Shown here one piece after another: positions 15,841 to 25,043 of a stretch of DNA of 29,930 bases. This DNA comes from a virus (Duplodnaviria > Caudoviricetes), in the IMG/VR virus record IMGVR_UViG_3300044770_000005, positions 1-29,930 of that record, one strand, 5' to 3'. The notes beneath the pieces are model-generated. The model was not told the origin of the DNA. It made no database searches and saw only the letters and a program-made list of their open reading frames with translations. Both the position numbers and the translations under genes were made by a program. Position 1 is the first letter of the stretch. Every line of letters starts with the position of its first letter.

Positions 15841-16554
15841 TTACCGGAGGACGAAGCCGAGGCGGACCTGAAACGTCGGCCCGGTGGACTGGGACGCGCG
15901 CCACTGCACGAGCTTGAAATTCCAGCCCGGAGGCACCGCGATCGGTGACGCAATCCGCGACGAGTCCATCAGGGTCGCCGGACGCGCGACGCCACCGCCG
16001 TTGGAGCTCGGCGCCCCGAACACGATGTCGTAATGGTCCTGGATGATGTCGATCGTCCCGCGGAAAATAATGTCGCCGTACTGCACGGACGATCCCGAGT
16101 TCGCCGGGGTGACGATGGCGCCGACCTGGGCGACGAGTCCGGACGTGGCCGTCGCGTTCGCCACGTTGCTCGATGCCACCGTTAGCGTCGTGCCCGGCGT
16201 CGTCACCGTGCTCACGTTGTCGACCGAGGGCACAAACACCAGCCCGACACCGCCGACACTCGCCACCGTCTCGTAGAGCGCGAGATGCTGTGGGTAGAGC
16301 GTCTTCTGGGTGCCGTTATAGATGAAGATGTACGGCTTGGTTGTGTCGTACGTCGTCGGCGCCGCGTGGCCAATGATGCCGGTGCCCGAGGCCGGCGTGA
16401 TCGCCGTGAAGTAGGAGCCTTCATCCGCGAAGAAGAACTCTTTGTTCGTCAGTGGGGCCGCGTACGCTTCGTTGTAACTGCCGGTGCGTGACGGCGTGGT
16501 CGTGCCGCCGGCCACATCGCCGGAACGTGTCGTCAGTGCCGATGCAATCGCCAT
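15841..16554 (-). CDS. Putative virion/decoration protein, paralog of 14701-15369
   Basis: 237 aa Thr/Ser/Gly-rich beta protein ending GFVLR. RBS AGGAG. Confidence 0.75.
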   Translation of the reverse strand: MAIASALTTRSGDVAGGTTTPSRTGSYNEAYAAPLTNKEFFFADEGSYFTAITPASGTGIIGHAAPTTYDTTKPYIFIYNGTQKTLYPQHLALYETVASVGGVGLVFVPSVDNVSTVTTPGTTLTVASSNVANATATSGLVAQVGAIVTPANSGSSVQYGDIIFRGTIDIIQDHYDIVFGAPSSNGGGVARPATLMDSSRIASPIAVPPGWNFKLVQWRASQSTGPTFQVRLGFVLR

Positions 16555-16557
16555 GCG

Positions 16558-17013
16558 CTACTCCTGTGCGACCGCAGCCGCGGTCTTACGCGGCCAACCG
16601 GCCACGCGACGAATCGGGGTTTCGGGAATCGTGGGGAGATGTTCGCCGGCCGCGTCAATCACGGCCGTCGCTTCACGCCGCGCCAGCTCGCCCATCCGCT
16701 GGACGCGGAAGTTCTCCTCGGCCGCCGCCGTGGCGATCTCGAGATCCTGCTGCTCCACACGCGCGATCGCATCTTCCTGACGCACGAAGTAGCCGCGGGC
16801 GATCTGCTCCTGTTCTTCGCGCGGACTGCCGACCACCACATGATGCGTGATGGCGCGGCGCCCGTTCACGTCATGGCCGCCCATGTGCAGCATCTTCGGA
16901 TAGTCCTGCTGCACGAAGGGACGGCCCGGCGTGGGGCTGTACTGGTTCGGGAACATTTCCCACTTGGCCGCCTCTTGCGCGTAGGCGGATTCCGGTGAAT
17001 GAAGGATTGGCAT
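16558..17013 (-). CDS. Hypothetical phage protein of the head cluster
   Basis: QDYPKMLH...VVGSPREEQE with a helical C-half. RBS AAAGGG. Fits the operon. Confidence 0.7.
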   Translation of the reverse strand: MPILHSPESAYAQEAAKWEMFPNQYSPTPGRPFVQQDYPKMLHMGGHDVNGRRAITHHVVVGSPREEQEQIARGYFVRQEDAIARVEQQDLEIATAAAEENFRVQRMGELARREATAVIDAAGEHLPTIPETPIRRVAGWPRKTAAAVAQE

Positions 17014-17026
17014 CGCGCCCTTTCCG

Positions 17027-17653
17027 TTACGTGACCGGCGCGCCGACCGCGGCGACGACGGCCCACAAGCCCTGCTGCGCCATGAGCGTGATCGACGCGC
17101 CCTTGAACTGCGCCGGCGTGATGGTGGTGTGCGGCGATCCGCTCACGCCGTCCGCGATCAGGGACGTCGCCGTGATGACGTGCGCCAACGTCGGCGTATT
17201 CACGATGAACCGGATCGTCCGGCCATCCTGCCCCGTCGTCGGGGCCGAGAGCGTGACCGCAATGGCCGTCGCCTTGTCGATGATGTAGACCGTATCCTTC
17301 GACGGGCAGGCCAGCGTCACGTCCGTGCCGAGCGTGACGACATCGGTCGCGTAGGGCGCGATCGGGACGTCGCTCTGCGGCGGCGTGACCGGGAAGTCCG
17401 CCGTGTTGGAACTCGTCTGCACGAACGCCAACGCCGAATGCGCGACCGCAGGCGTGCCCTGGTCGCCACGCGCCCGCACGGTGATCGTGCCCGAGATGGG
17501 CACGCCCGTGCAGACCATGTATTCGTTGTCGATCTTCACCGTCTGGTTCTGGCCCACAAGCCCGACGGCGGGAAAGCCCGTCGTGCTCGCGACCGCGAAA
17601 GTCGTCTGATTCGCCGTAATGGCGGCAGAAAGTGTCGTCGCTGTGAGTGCCAC
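17027..17653 (-). CDS. Putative capsid decoration/cement protein
   Basis: Directly after the coat gene, with RBS AAGGAG then GTG 17653. Two Thr/Ala-rich beta domains (ALTATTLSAAITA...; TLSAPTTGQDGRTIRF...SITLMA). Confidence 0.7.
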   Translation of the reverse strand: MALTATTLSAAITANQTTFAVASTTGFPAVGLVGQNQTVKIDNEYMVCTGVPISGTITVRARGDQGTPAVAHSALAFVQTSSNTADFPVTPPQSDVPIAPYATDVVTLGTDVTLACPSKDTVYIIDKATAIAVTLSAPTTGQDGRTIRFIVNTPTLAHVITATSLIADGVSGSPHTTITPAQFKGASITLMAQQGLWAVVAAVGAPVT

Positions 17654-17666
17654 GGTTGCCGCTCCT

Positions 17667-18896
17667 TTAGCTGTAGAGGCGATGCGCGAAATACGGCAGG
17701 ATGGCCGCTGCGCCGTAGATGACATCCACGCGGGACGGCATCTGATCCGTCTGAATGTTGTACTGCTCGGCCCAGCGCATGGAGAGCTTGGCCTTCTTCG
17801 ACCGCGCCGAATAGCTCAACGCGCCCGGCAGTTTCGAGGGCAGATCCGCCATCACGAACGCGAAGGCGCCCGGATGGAAGATGAGTGACTGCCGCGACAC
17901 CTGCGCCGCCATCGTCGCACCCACCGTGCCCGTGGCCCCCGTGAACGTCACGACCGCGTTGTTCGCCGGCGAGACGGTGACGGTCTGCAGCGGACCCGAG
18001 GTGATGATCGGCGGGTAGATGGGCAGCGTCCCCGTGGTCGTGCCGCTGATATCCGCGGTGATCGTGAAGCCCTGCAGTTGGCCCGTGTCCGCGTAGGACA
18101 AGGGATTCGCCGCATCGACGCCGGCCACCGTGAAGGTGTCGCCCTGCTTGAAGGCGTACGTCCCGAGGCCGGACATTGCGAGCGTGGAGCCGGTCTGGTT
18201 CGCGCTTGAGACGATGGGGGTCGCCGTTGTGAACGTGCCGGTCGTGTGGATCGGCGCGTTCGTGCCCGAGTACCACGACTCGATCCCGAGGGCGCCCTGA
18301 TTGAACTCGCCCGTCCGGAAGTACTGGCTGATCTGGCCGCTCGGATTGAAGCTCGCCAGATTGGCATTGAGAATCGCCGCACGACTCAGTGGGTCCAGGA
18401 CGGCCTTGAACTCCGTCGGCACCGCGAGATTTTCGAGTTTCGCGACCGCGTTGAGATACGTGGCGTTCGCCGTGATGGCGGTGCCCGGCGAACCCGCGAA
18501 GTTCGGCACACTCTTGTAGACCTCGTTGCCGCAGGTCGTATCGACCTTATTGGCGAGCGCGAGGCCGGCCGGTTCGGTGTACCACGCGCGGGCTTCGGGG
18601 ATCGCCAGCGCATCATCCGCACTCGACCAGCCACAGCCGACATGCTGCTGGTGGTTGATCGTGAGCGGGACGGTCTGGTTGAGGATGGCCTGCTGAACGA
18701 GGGCCTGCCCCTCATTCACCACGAAGCGCTGCGGGATGCGGCACTGCGTGACGTAGCCGACCTTGGCGCCGCCCGGCTTGTTGCGCCAGGCGTCATCCCA
18801 TTCCCGGGTGAAGTTGTTCACCAGGACCATCTTATTGTTGAAGTTTTCGGCGATGTCGTTGCCGACCCACGTCGGGGTGATGATCGTGTTGGCCAT
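17667..18896 (-). CDS. Major capsid (coat) protein, P22 gp5-like
   Basis: MANTIITPTW, KVGYV..RIPQRF, ALANKVD, FKQGDTFTVAGV, FHPGAFAFVMADLP and RVDVIYG. GGAG RBS before ATG 18896. Confidence 0.92.
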   Translation of the reverse strand: MANTIITPTWVGNDIAENFNNKMVLVNNFTREWDDAWRNKPGGAKVGYVTQCRIPQRFVVNEGQALVQQAILNQTVPLTINHQQHVGCGWSSADDALAIPEARAWYTEPAGLALANKVDTTCGNEVYKSVPNFAGSPGTAITANATYLNAVAKLENLAVPTEFKAVLDPLSRAAILNANLASFNPSGQISQYFRTGEFNQGALGIESWYSGTNAPIHTTGTFTTATPIVSSANQTGSTLAMSGLGTYAFKQGDTFTVAGVDAANPLSYADTGQLQGFTITADISGTTTGTLPIYPPIITSGPLQTVTVSPANNAVVTFTGATGTVGATMAAQVSRQSLIFHPGAFAFVMADLPSKLPGALSYSARSKKAKLSMRWAEQYNIQTDQMPSRVDVIYGAAAILPYFAHRLYS

Positions 18897-18919
18897 CGGC
18901 CAACTCCACAACCCAGCCG

Positions 18920-20008
18920 TTAGCGGGCAGCGCGTTTCCGTTCGAGTCGCCGACGCTCGGAAAAGGCGTCGAAATCGTCAGGATCGGCTGCGTCGTCGCT
19001 GGGCACTGTCGTTATGGTCCGCACCGGAGTGGGGGGACGCGATAACGGCGTTACGGGCTTGGTCGGGGCGGCCGCTCCGGACGTACCAGCCTGCATCCGA
19101 CTATGGAGACGACGCCGCATGGCGGCGATGGCCGCATCAGTTACTGGAGGATTCGCGAGAATCAACTCATCCAGCAGTTCCTGCTGCGTTGCCAGGAACT
19201 TAAGCATGTTCGTCCCGTCCTCGTCAAGCAAGATCGCGTAGGCGAGCACTGAATCCCCGGCGATCTGCGCGTCCACCGGTGTCACGGCCGCTTCCCAGCT
19301 CGCGTCGGCGGCTTTCGCGGCCGTCACGCGCGCATTCCACCGCTGGCCAATCGCGGCCAGTTCCCCTTTCTGCTTCGCCTCGGCCGCCGTGCGTTCTGAC
19401 GCCTTCGCGGCGCGCGCTTGTTCAAACGCTTCTTTCTTCGCATCCCAGCGCCCAAGCGCCCGGACGTGCGCCTGATACGGATCGGGCTCGCTGGCGAACT
19501 GCTCGAGCGTCGGTTCCGGCTCGCTGAAGGCTTCTGCGGTGGCCGCCGGCGGGAGCGCGGCAGGCATCGCGACGGGTGCGGTATCAACCTTCGGCGCGAT
19601 CGGCCGATAGGCCGCGACTTGCGCCTCGACATGCTTGCGCTGCTTCTGGCGTTCGTCGGCTGTGGCTTTCGGGTAGACGCGATCGAGGATCGCGTCCACA
19701 TCACGCAGCCCACGTTCTAACGCCAGTTCCACGCGCGTTTCGCGCAGGTCGGCAGAGAGCTTGCTGATGCGTGGGGCATCATCGGGCCGTGCGTCATGAC
19801 TGGGCGCGCGGCGGCCACGCTGAAAGCGCCCGCGATCGTCGCGTGCGTCCTCGATCGCATCGTCGGGATCCTGTTCAACGGCCGCTTGTACTTCGACCAC
19901 TTCGGCCGCCACCGAGCCTGCAGGCATGGGCCGCAACCCGCCTTGGTCCGGCGGCAGATCATTGATCACTTCGGCGGGCTCGAAGTCCATCGGTTCGTTC
20001 ACGTTCAT
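18920..20008 (-). CDS. Scaffolding protein
   Basis: Directly upstream of the coat gene. Acidic N-terminus with RDDRGRF, helical core, EP.LEQF..DPY, PP.PV motif and basic C-terminal helix (DFDAFSERRR). Confidence 0.8.
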   Translation of the reverse strand: MNVNEPMDFEPAEVINDLPPDQGGLRPMPAGSVAAEVVEVQAAVEQDPDDAIEDARDDRGRFQRGRRAPSHDARPDDAPRISKLSADLRETRVELALERGLRDVDAILDRVYPKATADERQKQRKHVEAQVAAYRPIAPKVDTAPVAMPAALPPAATAEAFSEPEPTLEQFASEPDPYQAHVRALGRWDAKKEAFEQARAAKASERTAAEAKQKGELAAIGQRWNARVTAAKAADASWEAAVTPVDAQIAGDSVLAYAILLDEDGTNMLKFLATQQELLDELILANPPVTDAAIAAMRRRLHSRMQAGTSGAAAPTKPVTPLSRPPTPVRTITTVPSDDAADPDDFDAFSERRRLERKRAAR

Positions 20009-20412
20009 GCGTCGTCTCCCAGTAACAAGCCCAACAGAAACGCTTCTTCTTCAATCAGCGGCGTGCGATCGACCCAGCCGGCGACGCGGATAAACCGCCG
20101 ATGCCCGCCCACGATGAACACCGCCAGGGCCGGTGGTGTGACCGCGCCCCGCCACTCCATCTGTCGGGCGCCACGTTCCACCTGGAACACTCCCTCGGGA
20201 TCGCGGTGTCGCGGCTGGCGACGCTCGAAGATGCTTGGGCCGGTGGTCGTGCCGCCGAACTTCGCCGCGCGCCCACGGAATGTGCCGACAGGCGCGCCGG
20301 TCTCGACGTCGAACGTCCCGGTAATGATCGCGCCTTGATTGGCCCAGGTCCCATCCGCCCAGACGTCATCCGCCCACGATGGCTGCGCCCACACCGACCC
20401 AATCGCCGCCAC
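20005..20412 (-). CDS. Hypothetical protein with Trp-repeat N-terminus and acidic-hydrophobic C-terminus
   Basis: VWAQPSWADDVWADGTWA, two G.F.VE.GA repeats, and the ending EEEAFLLGLLLGDDA. Coupled on both sides. Confidence 0.7.
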   Translation of the reverse strand: MAAIGSVWAQPSWADDVWADGTWANQGAIITGTFDVETGAPVGTFRGRAAKFGGTTTGPSIFERRQPRHRDPEGVFQVERGARQMEWRGAVTPPALAVFIVGGHRRFIRVAGWVDRTPLIEEEAFLLGLLLGDDA

Positions 20413-20413
20413 A

Positions 20414-21976
20414 CTACACAGGCCCCCACGGCGTCGCCGCGCCGTCGCCTTGTAGTTCGACGTCGTTCACCCTCTGGATATTAGCGTCCACCACGCCGGC
20501 TTCCGTGAAAGTCAGCGCATCCGTCTTGGCCTTGATCGCATCAACCTTGCCATCGAGCGTCGTGCCCGTGTCGACCAGGATCGCGGCGGTGTCCGACTTC
20601 ACGGCTGCGATGTCTGCCGAGACGGATGCGCCGGCCGGCGCGCCGAGGCGTGCGAACGCATCGCCCGTCATGGCCGGCGCCACGGCCGATTTCCAGTCGA
20701 GCACGTTCGCGTCGATCTGATTCGCCACGGTGAAGGTCAGGCTGTCGGTCTTGGCTTTGATCGCCGCGGTCTCGGTCTTGGTGTCCCCGACGGCTTTCCC
20801 AAACGTGCCGGCGGTGGTGAAGTCTGCGGTCGCCGTGCCCCAGACCGCTTCATTGATCGGCGCGTCGAGCTGGTTGATGGCTTCGCCGGTCGTGCCTGCG
20901 TCCTGATGATCGGCCAATGGCTCATCCCAGACACCATCGACAATCTGCTGTACGGTGAGACTCGCGCCGACCGCGTTGTCCGCGATTTCCTTGACGACGG
21001 AGCCCGCCACGGCGCTGGCGTAGGTTGTGCCGGAGTCGGTATCGAAGAAGTCTTTCAGGGCGGCTGCCGTCAGCCCACCGATGGTGCCGGTGATATTGCC
21101 GCCGACGTTGCCAGTGACACTCGCCACCGACCCTGCGACGTTACCGCCCACATTGCCCGTCACCGAACCGACCGCACCGGTGACGCTGGCGATCGTGACA
21201 TCGGCCGCCACCTTCGCATCCGTGATGCAGTCGTTCGCCAGCACAGTTGATGTAATCGCGTTCGCCGCAAATGTGGCCGCATCGATCGCCCCATCCGCGA
21301 TCTTCGCCGCCGTGATCGCGTTGTCGGCAATCGCGGTCGCCGTGATGACGTTCGCCGCCAGCCCGTTCACCGTCGTCACGTTCGTCGCCGTCGTCACCGT
21401 GCCGGCCGTGATGTTCGTCGTACTCGCCACGGTCGCATTCGTCGGGAACGTGATGGTCCCGCCATTCGCGACCGGGTTCGTCTTGATCGTGTCCACGTCC
21501 ACTTTCTGCGTGGTGGCAATCGTCGTCGCCGTCAAATCGTTCGCTGTGGTTTTGCTGCCGATGTTTGCCCAGTCGAGGCCCGCTTCACCGCCAGCGCTGA
21601 CATCCAGCGTCCGGCCGGCGGTCGTGGGCTGGAGGTACCCCGGCGCACTGGCCGCGAACAGCGCGTCGTAGACGGCTTCCTCGATCACGAAGAACTTATC
21701 GAACACGACGAGCGCCCCGGCCACCAACACCGAGACGTCCAGCTCGCCCACGGTCGCCGTGTCGGTCGCGTCGAACGTGACGCCATACACACCGTTGACG
21801 CGATGCGTCCCGCCGCCGCTGTTTTTGTTGGCACTCGCGCCGCCGTTCACGACCAACTTGATGTCCGTGTTGGCGATGGTCAGGCCCGTGGCGGGCGTGA
21901 TGAAATCGGTATCGTCAATGAACGGGCCGAGCGCCCGCGACTGCGCCGCCGTGGCTTGCTTGAGATAGCCCGGCAT
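20414..21976 (-). CDS. Repeat-rich putative fibre/stalk virion protein (520 aa)
   Basis: 10-aa IT.AKIADGA repeats, VTG.VG[GS] repeats, two VW....AGT.G repeats and two AIKAKTD.LTFT....DAN repeats. Confidence 0.75.
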   Translation of the reverse strand: MPGYLKQATAAQSRALGPFIDDTDFITPATGLTIANTDIKLVVNGGASANKNSGGGTHRVNGVYGVTFDATDTATVGELDVSVLVAGALVVFDKFFVIEEAVYDALFAASAPGYLQPTTAGRTLDVSAGGEAGLDWANIGSKTTANDLTATTIATTQKVDVDTIKTNPVANGGTITFPTNATVASTTNITAGTVTTATNVTTVNGLAANVITATAIADNAITAAKIADGAIDAATFAANAITSTVLANDCITDAKVAADVTIASVTGAVGSVTGNVGGNVAGSVASVTGNVGGNITGTIGGLTAAALKDFFDTDSGTTYASAVAGSVVKEIADNAVGASLTVQQIVDGVWDEPLADHQDAGTTGEAINQLDAPINEAVWGTATADFTTAGTFGKAVGDTKTETAAIKAKTDSLTFTVANQIDANVLDWKSAVAPAMTGDAFARLGAPAGASVSADIAAVKSDTAAILVDTGTTLDGKVDAIKAKTDALTFTEAGVVDANIQRVNDVELQGDGAATPWGPV

Positions 21977-22474
21977 CTAGGCCGCCATCCGGCGCATCTG
22001 CGCGTAGTAGAAGAACGGGGTGCCGGTGCCCGCCACGGCCGTCACCGTGAACGTCGGGCTGGCCACCACGGGCGACGCGAGGGTCAGCGCCGACGCCGGA
22101 ATGGTGCACGTGATCGTTTCGGTGCTCGCAATGTCGTAGGACGCGAAGGCGTCGAGCGTGATCGTGACGACGGTATCGGACGTGCGGACCACGCCGCCGA
22201 CGCCTTGTCCTGCGACCACCACATCATTCCAGCCGTTCGCGGGGGAGGTCGCCGCGACGATCCCATCAATGATGTCTTGCCGGATCGCATCGAACGTCGC
22301 GCCGGCCGCGACCCAGGTGTCGCCGGTGAGCGTGATGATGATGGTCTCGCCGCCTGCCACCACATCGGTTTCGGTGATCATGGGGACGGCGGTGCCCGTG
22401 AGCACGGCCGAGGCCGACGCGCCATTCGCGAGCGTGTTGCTGATGCGCGGCGATCGCCACTGTCGAAAACTCAT
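21977..22474 (-). CDS. Putative virion accessory protein (beta-sandwich-like, 165 aa)
   Basis: GGETIIITLTGDTW, VVRTSDTVVTITL..YDI..ETITCTIPASAL. ATGA coupling. Confidence 0.7.
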   Translation of the reverse strand: MSFRQWRSPRISNTLANGASASAVLTGTAVPMITETDVVAGGETIIITLTGDTWVAAGATFDAIRQDIIDGIVAATSPANGWNDVVVAGQGVGGVVRTSDTVVTITLDAFASYDIASTETITCTIPASALTLASPVVASPTFTVTAVAGTGTPFFYYAQMRRMAA

Positions 22475-23133
22475 CGCGCAATCCCCGGCCGAAAGGCTCT
22501 CGGCGGTCGCCCTTGGCCCATCGTCCTGAGCGTGCTCGTGACGAGCGGCGTGGCCGAGGCCGTCACGACGCCCGCGATCACGGCCTCCCAGAGCAAGTAC
22601 GTGCTGGATGTGGTGAGCTGGTACGAGCCGGGCGAGGCGTTCACAATCGACGCCACGGCCAGCGTCTCGTTATTGCCGACTGAGGCATCACTGATCCATG
22701 CCCCCGTATAAGTCACTGCGCCTGAGCCATTCCACGAGATGCCGATGATGATGTCGATCGACGCGGTGACGATCGCATTGCTCGTGATCGCCGTGCCGTT
22801 CCCGGACGCCGCTTGATCGGAGTCGTCCGTGGCCGAGGCTGTCGTGATGTCGTATTCACAGAACGCGCCTTCGGTCACGGCCACACCGCCGTAGGTCAGC
22901 GGCCCCGTCGATCCCGTGGCGATGCCCCAGTACGCCACTTCATGCTCTGAGTTCTGACCCGTTTGTTCGGTCATGATGGCGTTCCATGAGACCGCCACAC
23001 CGCCGCCGAGCGCCCCAAAGGCACTGCTGCTCGTGAGCGCGACCACCACGAGACGTCCCGCCGTCGGCGTGAACGCGATCGTGCGGCTGGTCTGACCGCC
23101 GTTCCAGGTGTCCACATTGACCGCGTTCGCCAT
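22471..23133 (-). CDS. Putative virion accessory protein (Thr/Ser/Gly-rich, 220 aa)
   Basis: Start MANAVNVDTW at a TAATG overlap. Beta-rich, ends RAFRPGIAR. Confidence 0.7.
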   Translation of the reverse strand: MANAVNVDTWNGGQTSRTIAFTPTAGRLVVVALTSSSAFGALGGGVAVSWNAIMTEQTGQNSEHEVAYWGIATGSTGPLTYGGVAVTEGAFCEYDITTASATDDSDQAASGNGTAITSNAIVTASIDIIIGISWNGSGAVTYTGAWISDASVGNNETLAVASIVNASPGSYQLTTSSTYLLWEAVIAGVVTASATPLVTSTLRTMGQGRPPRAFRPGIAR

Positions 23134-24452
23134 TAGCGGATCTTCTCGCTCATGCTGATGCCACTCCCGGCCCGCGCGAACAGGTAATTGTTCAAGCTGA
23201 TAGAGGTCGAACCGCCGAAGGCGACGTACCCGACCCACTCCGCCGTGACCCCGCCGTTCGTGTCCACGATGACCGTGAACCCATCGGCGCTCATGGCGCT
23301 GATGTCGAGGCTTTCGGCGAGCGCGCCCGCGTTACTGGGAAACGCGAGGCAGGAGTCGTACTCCAAGACGGTGTTGACTTCCGAGGCCGTCGCGTTGCCG
23401 TTCTCGTCCCACGTCCCTTGACTCCGGCGACTCGTCGGGCTGCTCGCCGTGCCGAGACTCATCTTGTTTTCGACGACGGCGGAGTTCGTCGCGCTCTCCG
23501 CGAGGCTCACGCCCATGAACGACACACCGATCGGCTTGAAGCCGAGCCCGCTCACCGTGGACGTCGCACTCCCGGTCTGGCCTTCAATCGTGAACGACCC
23601 GGCCTGCCACTGCCCGCCAGAGATGGCCAGCGCCATCGTCTTGCGGTTGCTCGTGGTGCGAACGGTCCAGTTCAGTGTGAAGCTGCTGTCGTTGAACGCG
23701 GAGACCACCGCTTGGGCGTTCACCGTGGTCGCGCCCGCCGCGATCATGTTGCTGATACATTCGCCGCTGCGCGCCCGTCGTCTCGTGTCAGATGTGGCCG
23801 AGCCATCATCAGAGAAGCCGAACACGACGATGTTCTCGGCGCTCGCCGGTCCAGTCGAGGCCCCGACTGCGAAGACACTGCTATCGGCTTGGAGCGTCCC
23901 CGTGGTCGTGCCGAGCCGTGTCGCGAAGAACACCACGGATGGTCGGAAGCCGGTCTCGTAGTTGACGGTCCCTGTCGCCGCGGGCTCGGAGATCGTCACG
24001 ATCTGCGCTTCTTGCACGCCATCGCCGCCCCACGCTTCGTAGAACACATCGAGATCGACTGGTACCTGATCGTCCACAATCGCCGTGAAGCCCGCCGCGT
24101 CGAAACTACTAATGTCGAGCGCGCCATCCACCGCGCCCGCCCCACTGAGCGTCGTGGCAATCGCGTCCGTACTGTTGTAGTTCTCGCAGATTTGCGTCCC
24201 GGCCGCGTCCTGATCGAGCACGGATACATTACCGCGATTCGACGCCGAGACCGCGAAGCCCATCCCCGCACGCTGATGCACGGCTTGTGAAGCCGCGTCT
24301 ACGCCCCCGCCCAGACCGAACCAGTAACAGCGAATCGCCTTCGGCGAAAACGTCTGCCCGGTGGTGACGTCCGTACACGTGATGGCGTACGTGGTCGTGG
24401 CCACCGATGCGGCCAACCACGGAATCACGCCATGCGCGAACAGCAATGCCAT
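23133..24452 (-). CDS. Putative virion accessory protein with three internal ~140-aa repeats
   Basis: Repeated F[SRK]P and S[FM]...[GS]FT motifs (FSPKAI/GFRPSVV/GFKPIGV; ISSFDAAGFT/VSAFNDSSFT/ISAMSADGFT). Confidence 0.75.
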   Translation of the reverse strand: MALLFAHGVIPWLAASVATTTYAITCTDVTTGQTFSPKAIRCYWFGLGGGVDAASQAVHQRAGMGFAVSASNRGNVSVLDQDAAGTQICENYNSTDAIATTLSGAGAVDGALDISSFDAAGFTAIVDDQVPVDLDVFYEAWGGDGVQEAQIVTISEPAATGTVNYETGFRPSVVFFATRLGTTTGTLQADSSVFAVGASTGPASAENIVVFGFSDDGSATSDTRRRARSGECISNMIAAGATTVNAQAVVSAFNDSSFTLNWTVRTTSNRKTMALAISGGQWQAGSFTIEGQTGSATSTVSGLGFKPIGVSFMGVSLAESATNSAVVENKMSLGTASSPTSRRSQGTWDENGNATASEVNTVLEYDSCLAFPSNAGALAESLDISAMSADGFTVIVDTNGGVTAEWVGYVAFGGSTSISLNNYLFARAGSGISMSEKIR

Positions 24453-24456
24453 CGGA

Positions 24457-25035
24457 CTAATTGAGCGAGACGATCTGGTAGTTGTGGCCCTGAATCGAGT
24501 TCGCCGCGTTGTTTGTGCCCCAGAGCGCCGTCAGCGAGAGCGCGGTATCCGCCGTCAAATCGATCGTGGCCACGGCGGGTGTCGTGCCGCCCGTCGAGCC
24601 CGACACGAACGGCGCTGGCATGCCGTAGTTCGTGACCGTGCCGGCCGTCGGGACCGTCGCGGTAAACAGCGTGACGATGCCGTTGCTCATCGCCGTACCG
24701 CTTGAGCCATTGGCGCGGATCTGGATGATCATGTCCACCGCCCAGAGCGACGTCATCGACGCGCCGCCGCCCGTGCCGGACGTCGTGACGATCGCGCCCG
24801 TTTTCGCCATGACGGTCCCCGCGACACCGCCCCAGCGGAGCGTGAACGTCAGCGTCGGCGTAGCCGTCGTGCCGTAGCCGCCATACGCCATCAGTCGCAG
24901 CGAGCGGCCGTCCTGCATGTAGTTCGCAGGAATCGTGACGTTGGGAAACAGGATCGTTTCCGTGGTCGACGCCGCGATCGCCGTGCCACTCGATGTCGCC
25001 CACGCGATTTGTTCGGTCCAAAATTGGCGTGACAT
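24457..25035 (-). CDS. Putative virion accessory protein (192 aa)
   Basis: RBS AGGAG then ATG 25035 (MSRQFWTE). TIPAN...GRSLRL.A.G..GTTATPTLTF.LRWGG beta protein. Confidence 0.75.
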   Translation of the reverse strand: MSRQFWTEQIAWATSSGTAIAASTTETILFPNVTIPANYMQDGRSLRLMAYGGYGTTATPTLTFTLRWGGVAGTVMAKTGAIVTTSGTGGGASMTSLWAVDMIIQIRANGSSGTAMSNGIVTLFTATVPTAGTVTNYGMPAPFVSGSTGGTTPAVATIDLTADTALSLTALWGTNNAANSIQGHNYQIVSLN

Positions 25036-25043
25036 TGACGCTC

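Noticed and set aside
17653-17725. Possible frameshift fusion of coat protein to the downstream decoration gene, whose frame is open across the coat stop
   Set aside because: It would need a +1 shift with no slippery site at AGC-TAA, and the downstream gene has its own AAGGAG RBS and GTG.
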